Source: Lophium mytilinum (lineage: Eukaryota). From it: a stretch of DNA of 64,000 bases. Below, piece after piece: positions 25,401 to 37,637 of the stretch. The stretch covers positions 1,615,673 through 1,679,672 of the forward strand of contig MU004188.1 of the NCBI GenBank assembly GCA_010093605.1, in the 5' to 3' direction. The translations under genes were made by a program, and so were the position numbers. Every line of letters starts with the position of its first letter. Within the stretch, counting starts at the first letter, position 1. The notes beneath the pieces are model-generated. The model was not told the DNA's origin and made no database searches. It was given only the letters and a program-made list of their open reading frames with translations.

Positions 25401-26699
25401 AGCACGGAAGCAGCTGGGCGCACGGCACGGGCAGCCCCCGCATGGGCATGACGGGCAGCGGGCGGGCGCGCAGAGGCCTGGAGGCTGTGTGGACATGGCC
25501 GACTGGCGGAAAAGATGCTGGAGCGCCCCTGGAGAACGAGCTGGCGGGTGTCAAGGTTGACGGGACGTTGTCGAGAATTCGAGCCAGGCCTGTCCCAACA
25601 CGGCCTAGCGCACTTTTCTCAAGGCCTTCCTTCTCTTCCGTTGCCAGACTCTCCACGTCTTCCATCCCATCCATCGCCTCACCCGCGTCCAGGCCTGTCG
25701 TCGCCCGGCATCGCTGCAGCACTCGCCTTCGACGCGCTCAAGGACTAACTTCTCTACAGCGCGCGCCAGCGATAGTCGCCTGAGGCCTTTCGCTACCGTG
25801 CAAAGCAAGGATTCCTCTAAATCTTCGCTTCCATCAAGCGAGCAGCAGCCCTCCAACGTCAGGTACGTCCTCGATGCACACCCTCCAATACACACCTCCA
25901 ACTATCAACACCCCCCTCCACCACCTCGCCCTCAGGCCTGCCCGCTGTCGCTGCTGCTCCGCTCGTCCGCGCACACGGCGGCCCTGCTGCTGCCACGATG
26001 CCAGCCCGCAAGAGGGTAGTGGGCTGTCATGCCGTCGGCGCACCGCCACCGCAGGCAGTTTTACACGCAGCCTGCACTGACCTGCCCGTCTGGACGTTAG
26101 GTCGGCGGCAGGCCAATCAGGTGGCCGGCAGCGCCCTTCTTTTCAGCGCATATTGCTCGCATTCCAGACGCAACCATGCCGCCCGCTTCTCCCCCCGGCC
26201 GTCTCGCGTCCAAGTCGCCATCAAGCCCCATCATCAAGCCGCCCTCCAGCATTTATCGCGCCCGCGGGCCTCAGCAGCCTGCAGCGCGCGTTGCCGGGCG
26301 CCAGAAGTGTGCATTGCTGATCGCGTCTGCTCTCCAGGTAGTTTCACTCATCTCGCCGTGCCTCAAACCGAGGTCCCCTAATAAGCGCACCCCCCTGGAT
26401 TCGACCTCGCCGGCCCCGATCCGCCCGATAGGTACGCCATCTGCGTCTCGGCCTGCCTTCCGCTGTCTCCCCCTTCTCGTCAAGCTTTTCGCTTCGATCC
26501 CTAGACTCGCCTGCGCCCGTTGTCCATCACAAGCAGTTCGTCCCATCTTCTCCACGCGCCAGCAGGGCATCGACTCCCACTGCCGGGTGGCACCATAGCG
26601 GCCCATTCACCGCCAGCCGTGCATGTCACACGATTACCACAAACCACAGACGTCTGTTGCGCCCTGCTCTCCTGGCCGTCGCAGCTTGAACTGGCGAGC

Positions 26700-28760
26700 A
26701 TGGCCGAGCAGAACACCTCGCAGGCCAGACAGCAGTCGCAGTCCTACCCATCGCCGCATTCCTACCCGTCGCCCTCCATGCAGCCCACCTACACCTACCC
26801 GCCGCCTCAGGGCCAGCAGTCCCAGGAGCCCTATCGCGCCTCGCCCACAGGCTCCAACATGTCGCTGCCGCCATTGAACCTGCCGCCCATCCGTCTCCAG
26901 GATGGCCAGGGACAACCTCCGCCGCAGCACCAGCCTGGGCAGCAGCCGATGGGCTCGCCGCTCCCGCCGTCGGTGCAGCCCATGAGCGCGTACTATCCCA
27001 ACCCGAACCAGTCGCTGCCGCCGCCGGGCCAGCAGATGAACGTCACGTCGTCGCCGCACCAGCTCGCGATGCGATACCAGCTACCACCGCATCAAGGCGA
27101 ACAGAGGATGATGTCGGGTGGAAGGCACAAAAAGGAGATCAAGCGGCGGACAAAAACGGGATGTCTAACGTGTCGGAAGCGGAGAATAAAGGTGAGTCGC
27201 GATCTGTTTACGCGTTGTCCCAATGGCGCGATGTTGCGACACGATCCAGGATGAGGGTTGGAGTCGCGACTTTGGACGACCTGCCGTCGTCGTAACCGAG
27301 CCACCAAAGAAGCGAACCAAACCCTCACCAGCTCAAATCCAACCGCACCTGTTGCCGCGACCGGTCGCTAATTCATCGCAGTGCGACGAAGCACATCCCA
27401 CGTGCCGTAATTGCCAGAAGAGCAAGCGGGAGTGCTTGGGCTACGACCCCATCTTCAAACAACAGCCCGGGCCCGCCCAAATCCAGCCTGCGCCCAGCGC
27501 TGCTCAACTCCAACCCTCAATACCCGCCTCTGCACCCCCGCCACCAGGTGGCTACGCCCACGTGCCACAGGGTTACGCTCCCGCTGTCACGGCAGGGTAC
27601 GCGCCGCCTCCGACGTCCGGTGGGCATCCGCATCCGCCATACGATCAGTATAACTCCGCTATCGACCCGGCCCTAGCTGCGACGGATCCGGCCCTGCAGG
27701 GTGGACCGCCGCCGTACAATGGCTCCGTGCCACCTGGGTTCAGGCCAGCGGTAGGAAGCGCAAGCCCGTACTCCTCCATCGCCTCAGATGCACATCCCGT
27801 CAAGGGTGAGTGACCTTTCCGAGCACTGCGTTGTTTTGTGCTTTTCGCCATTAATGATCTGAGCAGCAACTGACTAACTTCGCTTCTTCAGCAAAGCGGA
27901 TAAGGATCAGTGACACCTTTTCCACCAACGGACACGCTCCTCCGGAAGTGCCTCCTCGAACCGCCCCAGTCACCGAGCCAGAAGACAATGAACTCACCGA
28001 AGTCTACACCAAAGATTACGTCAACGGCCTGTGTCACATCCTAGAGACAGACTGGTTCATCACCAACAACAACGGTCTTCACAGGATGATGACTGACAAG
28101 GACTTGCATGAGGAAGCCCTGTTTTTTGTAATGACGTGTCGAAGCTACGATAGCCAGCGTATAGACTTGGCGAACCAGATTACTAGCCAGGAAATCCGTC
28201 TAGTTTGGCGGTTCCTCTGCGTCTGTAGGCAGTCACTCCCATCCACAAACGGAATTAATGGATCCGCTCCTGTCAAGGAAGAGGATGACCTGCCTGTCCG
28301 AGAAGCTCGCGGACGACTTGAAGTACTGGAAGCGCTCTTGACCAACGAAAGGCTGGAATCGAACCCCCTTCTCAGGATCGCCTATCCAGCTACTATCGAC
28401 CAAGTGAAGAAGGCACAGGTTGACTTCTGGGCGCACCTCGGCGATTTCGTCGTCAATGTGGACAACGAGTCAGCTCCTCCTGACGCGGTAGAACGGTCTC
28501 TCGCCGCTATGAGAGACATTCTGCAGCAAATAGAAGCCCGAGATGTGATCTACTCTATTGCCATCGCACGAGTCGCCGGAAATCGTGTCCCGGGGTTTCC
28601 CCACAATCTACCACCTCCGAGGAGCAACGACCCGAATGACGACGTAAACAAACTGAACATTGCAAGGGGCTTCATCACCGACGAGTCCAAAGCTAGCACC
28701 CAACAAGTCATCACTCGAATCTGCGAAATGGCCTTGACATCCTGGAGAGTCAGCCGGTAG
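26700..28760 (+). CDS. Zn(II)2Cys6 transcription factor, 3 exons
   Basis: P/Q-rich N-terminus, spliced cluster RRTKTGCLTCRKRRIK|CDEAHPTCRNCQKSKREC; introns 27192-27381 and 27806-27890. Confidence 0.93.
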
Positions 28761-29669
28761 AGTCAGCTGCAATTCTGTTATTTTGATCGATATTGGTTTC
28801 TTATCCCTTACTCAGACAAAACGACACACCACTCCTCTACGAAATCCAACGACACATGCGACACGAAGTTCCCGCTTCGTGACGCAATAATCGAGCTATT
28901 GTCTCGTTTCGCACTTCGCTTGGCGACGACCGCCGGTGCGTTATGGATTCTCCCGTGGCTCCCTAACAATGTACACCCTCCCTGTAGTGCCTTTTATTCC
29001 TTAATTGGTTGTACGCCCGGTTTTGAAAGCTCTCTCCGCGTACGCTTTTTCTGTTCCCCACTATTTTCCGGAATCAAAATACAGACCAGGTGCGCGCTTT
29101 TTCCACTGGACGACAAACCGCTTGGATTAGAACGTCTGAATCGGCCAGTCTTCTGTCACTTTCATTAATGTCACCACTCCTTGTCCGAGCTGGCATGTGG
29201 AGCGCGAGCAGTGCATCGTGCCGTTCGGAATTTTTAAGGCGTTGCTCGAGCGACTGCGATGCCAGGCCTTGGGTTGGGGAGGCGGGGTGGCTCATTTGTA
29301 ACTGTATCTTTTTCCAACTTAGCGATTCTCGGTTGGGGGGTTTATGATAGTAATTCGGACTGGCTGGGCTCTCTCTAAGGCTTTTTACGGGGCCGGCCTA
29401 CTGTTAATATGTGTTAAAGTGTGTGTAGTCAACACCATCACTGGGGGGTGTTGTGGGATCTGGCATCGTCTGGTTAGACGGGTATGCAGTGGGGAACTTG
29501 GCGGCCAAAATGGAAAAAAGTTTAATATGACTCAAGTATCGAAATGTGCGTGTATCACACGGTTATTGGGGTTGGCGTGGTGAAATTCTGATTAGTTGAC
29601 TGCAACGTGAATGCCGGCCAGGTTTTGGAGGTGGATTCTGTCACACTCTAGATTGGGTTGGTGGAAATG

Positions 29670-30085
29670 GGCAGATGTTAGTACACTGAGATGTGCTAGC
29701 GGGAGCCAGTCCGTGCGATTTGAAGGCGGTTTGGGCATGTTATTGCACGAGGCTTCAAATTAGGCGTAAGAAAGGAGGTAAATTGTAGTGCACTGAGATG
29801 TGCTAACAGGAGCCAGTCCGTGCGATTTGAAGTCGGTTTGGGCATGTTATTGCACAGGGCTTAGAATCAAGAGCAAGAACTAAGGTAAATAACAGTGCAC
29901 TGTGATGTGCTAACGGGAGCCAGTCCGTGTAATCTGAATTCAGTTTGGGCATGTTATTGCACGAGGCCTTGAATCGAGAGCAAGAAAGGAGGTAAATTAC
30001 AGTGCGTTGAGATGTGGTAATGGGAGCCAGTCAGCGTGATCTGGAGTGAGTTTGACATATTATTGGACAACACTTCAAATCAAGC
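29670..30085. repeat. Tandem repeat, 107-bp unit, about 4 copies
   Basis: CACTGAGATGTGCTA...GGAGCCAGTC...GTTTGGGCATGTTATTGCAC-like unit starts at 29684, 29791, 29898, 30005 (exact 107-bp spacing). Confidence 0.93.
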
Positions 30086-30436
30086 CGGTGGAAATGGCAG
30101 TTCAGAGACTTTAACACTTGCTTTCATTCGCCGCAACCCCCTCGCTCCCATCAAGGAGTAGCTTACCCACCACGCTCTACTATCACATACATATCATCCC
30201 AATCGCGTCTGTCTTGCCACCTCCTCGTTCCCCTCCATCTCCCGCCACGTCTATGGCAAACTGCTAGCATGCAATACCTGCCACTTTGCATACGCAGTCT
30301 ATCACTTCTTACTGAGTCCTTCAGCCTCGAATTTCGACAACGGGTGGCGTGAGGGTCAGCTGTCAGGTATAGATTTAGGGTATCCGGACGGTTGGTTCAG
30401 AAAGACCACTCTCCGACTTCTGAACAACGTGCCTAT

Positions 30437-31642
30437 CTAGAACAAGTCTTCCTCATTGATGCTGTCTCCTCTCCTCTCGGCGAGATATATGCGCCCGCTC
30501 TCGTAGACGCCTAGATACACTCCGCTCCCGATCATCGTCCACACCCCTCTCAGCGCACCACCCCTCCACAACCCCCTCCATCCCTTCTCGCGCACAATCT
30601 CCCGCCCAATCGCCATCGCACTCTTCCGCCCCTTCTCCTCCGGCCTAACGAGTGGATTCAGCGCTTGAGCCACCGACTTAGCCGTCTCCTTGGAACTCTG
30701 CACGCCCTTCCCCATTGCGTCTACCAAGGCTTCTTTCCCCATTCCCTTTCCCTTCGCCTGAACACCCCCACCGCCCTTCGCCTTCTCAGCCTCACTAACC
30801 GCATCCCCCGCGGCTGCGAGCATAATCCGCGTCTTGACCACATCCACCGGCGTCGTGATAACCGCCGACACCGCCCCCGCCGTGCCCGCACTGATCGCCG
30901 TGATAACCCCACTCTCCGCCAAACCCCCCTTCATCTCCCCCCTCCGCTCCCGCCTCTCCCGAATCCCCTGCTTCAATCGTTCAAACAGTGGGAACTGCAA
31001 CGCCGTAAAGGGTAAGTTCCGCCCCGCTAACGCGGTATACCCCCTCCATAACGCGAGCGGGTTCGAGCGGAACTTGGCGAGTGTTTGCAGCGTCGCGTTT
31101 GTGCTGGATTTGGCGGTCGAGTCGACCATTTGCGCGTTCTGCTTTATGACTTCCGCGGGCGTGAGGATGGCGCAGGAGACGAGTTCGGCGGCTGAGGAAG
31201 CGGTGGCGTGAAGGAGCGGGGTGGGGATGAGACCGTTGGGGGAGGAGGCGGTGGTGGGGTTGAGGTGGGTGAGGAGGGATTTGGTGCGTTCGTAGGTTGT
31301 GAAGAATGCTCCTGCTGTGGTGGTGTTAGGATGGGCGCATGAGGATGAGGGGGGGGGAAGTACAGGAGGGCAAGGTGGCTATTATGACACTGCCCACGCC
31401 TTGGTATAGCCCGCGGAAGAGCGCGGGCTTATTGACGGCGCTGGTCGCGGCATTGGTGTATAGGCGGGCATAGTCGGGGGATTGGATGCGGGTTTTGAGG
31501 GTGTCGAGGGGGTATACGAGGAGGTCAACTGTGAAGGCTGCGAATGCGCCGGCCTAAATGTCGAGATGTAAGCTTGTGATTTGGGAGTATATGGAACTAA
31601 ATTGCTTACGAGTAGTATGTCGGAATTGGTATTGCCCGACAT
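30437..31642 (-). CDS. Mitochondrial carrier family protein (S-adenosylmethionine carrier PET8/SAM5-like), 3 exons
   Basis: Three carrier signatures YPLDTLKTRIQ, TPAEVIKQNAQ, TPVDVVKTRIM; RNLPFTALQFPLFE. Confidence 0.9.
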
Positions 31643-32523
31643 AGAGACGAAAAGATGGTGGTTGTGAATGTTTCATGGTGTTGAGAGGTGATTAAGGATG
31701 ATTCATGGGAAAGCGTTATCAGACGTCATGCACCTTGGTAGCTAGCCCTTCATGATGCCTTCAGCCCTCTCGAGTTTTCGAAGCCAACCTATTGCTGTTA
31801 AATGAAAATACATTTCATAGCTGTGTTAGTTCATACCAGGTTGCGTTAATCTTGCCGGCTATTTCACATTTTCAACTTGACTATTGAGAATTTCACGTGA
31901 CTTCAAATGAACGGCACGTGATCTCTATCTTGCCTTCCATGCATATGTGCAGCAGCGCAAACAACGCTCTGATCTCTAGGCTCTACGATTCTTAGTTGCG
32001 TGCCAAGAGTTGCCCAATTGAGCAATACTCGGGGTTGGGCCAATTGTAGAATCGAATCATTCGTATTCCGCAATCCCGGGGTCATGCCCAAAAATGCGTC
32101 GCAGGTAAAATCCGCTAAGCAGCGCTCTGATCTCTGGACTCAACACTTCCCGACTGTATCAAAGTTTACCTAGGCTGAGAGTACTGCAAGCGTTTTTACT
32201 ATAGAAGCGGAACGTTTGTGCCAAGTTATCTCCTCCGTTGGGTTAGTGCTACATGTCTTCTTTGTAAGCAGAACTCGACATCGGCTCAGCCATTTCTCAG
32301 GATGCGATGCTAACCAGAGCACCTCTTCGACACTCATGCGTTTTGTATGCACGTTGACTCATGAGGTAAAGCCCACGTTCCATAGTTTAAGCTACGTAAG
32401 TTTAGCCGTGACTACCATTGTGAGTGGACATAACGAGTCCCGAGAACCAAATCCAGCCCACCAGCGGAACGACCGACGTGAACGATGTGGAGAGCCTCAT
32501 ATCTACTGATGCCTTGACTTCAC

Positions 32524-34753
32524 TCAAGCACTATCCGCAGACGAGACCTTGAGAGCTTGCGCAGCTTGAGTGATCAAAGTATCATTATTCTTGATCCACT
32601 CCTTCGTCTTGGTCTCCATGAACTTGATGGCTTTTTCACTCGCGTCGTCCATCTCGGCGAGATTCACAAAGTTTGCCAAGTCCTTCGTACTTTTGTCCGG
32701 ATCTATCTCCTCAAAGTTGAGGCGAAAGTATTTTGGCTGCCTTGTTTTTGGTGCGAACTCATCGAGCAGCAGCCGAAACAGCACATTGGTGGACTCGCTA
32801 TTGGTGGCGGCAGACACGAGGCCCTCACCGAAAGCCATGAGTCCCTTGGCCGAGTCTTTGGGGTGGAGTACCGAGAATTTAGGATCAGACAAGGCAGAAT
32901 TAGCTGGCATACCTGTGCCAATGCTGAGGAAACAGTCCGTTGAGCGGCCGGGCGTAAACACTGTTGCTACTTCTGTCCAAAGCCTAAGAACCACGTCAGT
33001 CAGTGAACCAAGAACGAGAACTCATGGCGTCTCACCAGCCTATTGGATTGTTAGCGGCTAGACCACCGTCGACGAGGTCTATGTTGCCGACTTTCGTAGA
33101 CGGAAAATAGGCTGGTGCAGCTGACGTTGCCCGGGCGGCTTGCCACAACTTGACTTCTGGAATCTCAGCTTTCTTGTCTGGATGCGGGTTGATGTAAGAT
33201 CGGAGGAACACCGGCGCCCTATTGTTGGTCGCTTCTTTGCGGACAGCAAGGACAAATCTGAAGCAAAGGCAGAGGCTCAGTATATTGCAGACCACCTCCA
33301 AGCATGGTAGCCACTCACACTTTGCACCCATCCGTATTGGTGGGATCATTTAGCAGGACCTCAGGGTCTTGATTTTCCTTCTTTATAGTCTCTTTGATAG
33401 CGGTTTCCAGAGGAGCAGCGTCGTAGAAATAGCCCTGACCGAAAAACGTTGTTTGAAACATGGCGAATAAAGGGGCCTTGTTCACGAAGACTGTACTCAT
33501 GAGCTTCTTGTATCTGTCGAGGCAATCCGCGACTGACATCTTCAGCCGACCCAGCATGATGGCAATCATACTGTTCAAGGTCAGTCCCCCAATCGATAGA
33601 GGCTGAATTTCACTCACCCGCCCGTGCTAGTTCCTCCAATGAGATCAAATAATTCGAACGGTTGCTTGCCGGTGGCTGCCTTGTCTAGAACAGCTTGAAG
33701 TATCAACAGCGTTGAAAACCCCTTGACGCCTCCACCATCTGCATATCTATTAGCAATGCTTTAGACGAGAGCGATCCTCATACCTAGCGAAAGAACGCGC
33801 AGCGGTCTTTCGTTGTCGGACTTGAGTGCATCAGCCTGGAGCATCACTTGCTCCGCGAGTTTCGGCATGAAAGGTGCGCCGTTGTTATAGTTGACTTCGT
33901 CAAGTGCATTCTGAACGACATTGGCCCGAGCTAATATCTTGTCATACTGCGGCGGCTCCGAGCGGTCCACTTTCGTAAAGAGTCAGCGACGACCTTAACA
34001 GTGAGAGTACAGACTCACGGCTGTCTTCGGCAATATCCAAAACTAGCAGTGCTTTCTGGGCCCAAAGCTTCCAGCCCTGGAATCGAGCACAAATGCGAAC
34101 ACCGATGGTGTTATTCTCCTGTCATGACACATTAGTGACTAAGCTCCAAGTTCCCTATAGATTCGTACCTTGAGAGATCGTAGAAGGCCGCTATTTACGT
34201 CGAAATCCTTGCCATTGTTCTAGAATTATATCAGCTTCGCATCGCTGCACATTCAGTTGAATTTATAATCTACCCAGTGATAATCTTCACTCAAAGGATT
34301 AAGATGGCTGCACCAGGCAAGTTCAATGCCCCCTTCATTGATAGGAGTGTCTGTATACTCGTCCTTAAGCAGAACAAGCTCAAGCCAAGTCCAGAGGCCT
34401 GCGGACTCATCATCGGCTTCACCTTGATCGTGTGATTCGGCGAACAGCTGTACGCTGGAGAGGCGTTGAATTATTTCTTTGGTCAGAGGCTTTATTCTGG
34501 TCGTCAGTCATCGGAATGCAGATCTAGGTTATAAGGGACCTCGAGAGTCACTAACCGGACTTCTGAACCACAATTGAGACTTGATCGTAGAGTCTTCTGC
34601 TTCTACGAATTCTTCGCCGTCTTTCTTGATCGCATATTTGCCCGCTTTCACAGATCGATTTTTTGTTGGCAGGTCTGGAAGTTTTTGGTATTTGGCAACT
34701 TCATCGGGGATTTCGTCAGACATGTTTGCAGACTTTGTACGTGTGTATGCCAC
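32524..34753 (-). CDS. Patatin-like phospholipase with an extra N-terminal SHDQG-type domain, about 9 exons
   Basis: Spliced LSLDGGGVKG, GGTSTGG, ARATSAAPAYF, DGGLAANNP motifs; N-terminal exons encode SHDQG...WTWLEL...WCSHLN...ARFQGW. Confidence 0.9.
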
Positions 34754-35640
34754 TGCTTAGGGTGCTGCAAGGTGTTATAAGAAATCTGAACAAGACAGAA
34801 ACTCTTCACTTTGGGTTTCTTGAAATTTTGTTAATGATAATGAGTTTGGCGAATAATGAGGCCTTGCAATCAGCGTTGCCCTCCTTACATTTATATGTTT
34901 TTCGACTCATCCTTCGATTTGACCGTTCTCAAGGCTAGCTGAATGGCAGAACGCACTCCACTTCTGAATCCAATTACTCCAAAAGGAGCAGAATGGTCAG
35001 GCCTAGGCTCAGCATTCTCAAGTCGAGTGCGGCTCATATGTACGAGGACGCAAGCGAGCTTCAGCCCCGCATGTACTGAAGACGCACCTAACATCTAGCC
35101 ACTCTCCAAACAGCTCATTTCGGCGCCACGAAAGGTCTATTCGCTTCTCTGCACGCGAATCACACCACCAGTGCCCGTCGTAAGCTTGAGTTGGCTAAGT
35201 CCTGGCTTAGTCTCACAAAATAACCCATTTTTACCACTGACTCTGTGGCTTGAGAATCACAGTAGACCGTTACCGACGCACCTGCAGGGAGACGCTGTCA
35301 ACTGAGTGCCTGATTGCGTCTCCTGCGCCGAACACAGCAAGCCTAGAATCGCGGAAAGAGCTTCAAAAAGCGTGCCTTCAGCCAGCCACAACTTTTGTAA
35401 CCGCCAGAACTGGCAGCCTTTCTCGTCACATCGCATAAAGAAGTACAGAAAAGCCCTTTTCAGTCAGCCAATATTTCGGTGCAAGTCAAGATTGGTAACG
35501 TTTCTCCATCGCTATCGCCCCCCGATTTCAAGCTGAACGTAAATAAGGTTGCGTGTCGAAAGAGCGGGCCGCTTCTCGTCCCGCGGCCGTACCTAGCGTT
35601 CCCGCCCCCCTACCTCGCAACTTTCAGCCGTTCGCCCAAA

Positions 35641-36000
35641 ATGGCCTACGTCATCTTTACGAACAATCAAGTCGATGCTACTGGAATGGCGGGAGAGTAT
35701 CTTAAGTGGCAGTTTCTGGGGGGCCCGCTTGTCAATCCTGCTGCTAAGGTCACTCATCACATCTCTCTGTCAGTGAATAAGCTTCACTGTTGGTCGGCTT
35801 CTGGGAAGGATGTGTACCACTATGAAGGAGAAGAAGATCAACAATACGACAATGGGGAGACAGTGGAGTGGACAGGTGGGTAAAGCTACCATGGCCTCCA
35901 TCTCGGTAATGCTGAAATACATGAAGGCCCAAATGATGATGGGATCATCAATCTGCACGGTACGGGAAGTCCGAAAAGTAGCAATTGGAAAAGAATGTGA
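35641..36000 (+). CDS. Small unknown protein, paralogue A (102 aa, 2 exons)
   Basis: MAYVIFTNNQVDAT...YDNGETVEWTG|PNDDGIINLHG...SSNWKRM; intron 35876-35926; supported by end-to-end similarity to 36512-36908. Confidence 0.75.
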
Positions 36001-36511
36001 ATATAGGATTCTTAGCACCCAGATCGAACTATTAGCGAGACAAGGGTTGAATTCGATCTGAGAAAAGCGCCCAATCACTCATGGATTTGTGTTAGCTTGA
36101 ACCTAGCCGGATGGCAATTGAAGTGCATAGTCGATGTAAGTTCGCTGCAGCTTTGGCGTGCAGCACAGGGACAAGGCTTTCGCAATGGCGGAGTCGACGA
36201 GGCCTAGCCATGACGATCTGGCTAAACTACCCAATAGAGCCTTTGCCCAGAGATTACGGAATGCTCTTATTCACTCTGCAGACAGCTTCAGCTACTCAGA
36301 ATTCAGCCACATTGGAATAAGAAACCAACACCAGGGATAGCATCGGAAGCTGAGCGACGAAGGCTCTCAACTAGTCTACACTTGGCACTCGTCCAAGATT
36401 TAAGAAGACCATCGAGGCCGTCGATATCGTTTAAGCCGCTCCATACTTTCTACCCCCCTGCGAAATTCAAAGCAACCACTTCCTTCCAGGTGAATCCTGT
36501 AATCCGTCACG

Positions 36512-36908
36512 ATGCCACATGAGAAACATGTAAACTTTACAAATAATCCGATCAACGCCACCCAAATCACGGGAGGCTTTGTTAAGTGGCGGCTCACCGG
36601 CGCTAAAGTCATCGATCCTCCCAATGTGACTACCACGCCGTTTAACTTGAAGACGAGGATCTTGACTTGTTGGCCCAACAACGGCAAGAAGAAACAAGAA
36701 TATGAATTCCAGGGAGAAGAAGAACTCTCGTATGATGGGGGCGAGACGGTTGTGTTGTCAGGTATGCATCGTTTCCTCAACCTTTCATAGCCAAGGCTGA
36801 AATTACGATATAGGTCCCACTGACGACATAATCACTTTGGATGGTGAGAAGGGAGAGTCCAGTGAATGGAAATTGAAAGATGAGGGAGGAAGTGAGAGTG
36901 ATGAATGA
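36512..36908 (+). CDS. Small unknown protein, paralogue B (114 aa, 2 exons)
   Basis: MPHEKHVNFTNNPINAT...YDGGETVVLSG|PTDDIITLDG...SSEWKLK; intron 36762-36813 at the same codon and phase as paralogue A. Confidence 0.75.
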
Positions 36909-37401
36909 GGAGGAGCTTGAGGTCAAAGCGAGACTACCTAGCATAGTGCCGTGCTTTATTCGTCGTCGTCAGCCTCTTAGACGGTTAGGGTCTGAATCCC
37001 TTAGCTCAAACAATCTTACAACCTTGCGTATAACGACTCGTTCCTGGGGTGATGAAGGATGGTGGAGCCCCCATAGAAACATTGACAATCTGACCCAGGG
37101 GCGCCATCATCCTATATGAGGAGTGATGTATCGGGCCTGTACATCGCGCAGAGTGGATGAGCGGGGCTAAGTCACCGATTGAGGATAACGATATTAACAA
37201 GGACGCAAAGAAGAAGCTTATAGGTTCCATTCAGCTCAGGTGCACCGCCACGTGGTCAGTAAGCCCGCTTTTAGCACTGTCAGACTAGCAGCACACGGCT
37301 AGCTAAGACGCTAAATGTAACGAGATCTATAACCTTGCTATGCTTACCTTTGTAGGTTCGAAAGCGGAAATGGATCTTGGTGGGATTGATTATGAGACAA
37401 T

Positions 37402-37637
37402 AGAACGTTGCGTACTACCTTCGGGCCCACTAGCGCTGCACTCTGATCTCTGTACTCTACGCTTTTCACGCTGTTTGCAAAAGTTTCCTATGTGGGTAAA
37501 GGTGGATTTTCGCGTCCATAAGAGAACGTTGCGTACCACCTTAGGGCCCGCTAGCGCTGCGCTCTGATCTCTGTACTCTACACTTTTTGCTCTACTTGCA
37601 AAAGTTTCCTATGTGGGTAGAGGTGGATTTGCGTGTC
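37402..37637. repeat. Tandem duplication, 121-bp unit, 2 copies
   Basis: AGAACGTTGCGTAC...CTCTGATCTCTGTACTCTAC...TTGCAAAAGTTTCCTATGTGGGTA.AGGTGGATTT at 37402 and 37523. Confidence 0.9.

Noticed and set aside
24821..26606. Numerous overlapping 100-250 aa ORFs
   Set aside because: Arg/Ala/Pro-rich, motif-free frames expected by chance in GC-rich intergenic DNA.
29670..30085. CRISPR-like appearance of regularly spaced repeats
   Set aside because: The whole unit is repeated with no unique spacers; eukaryotic context and no cas genes.
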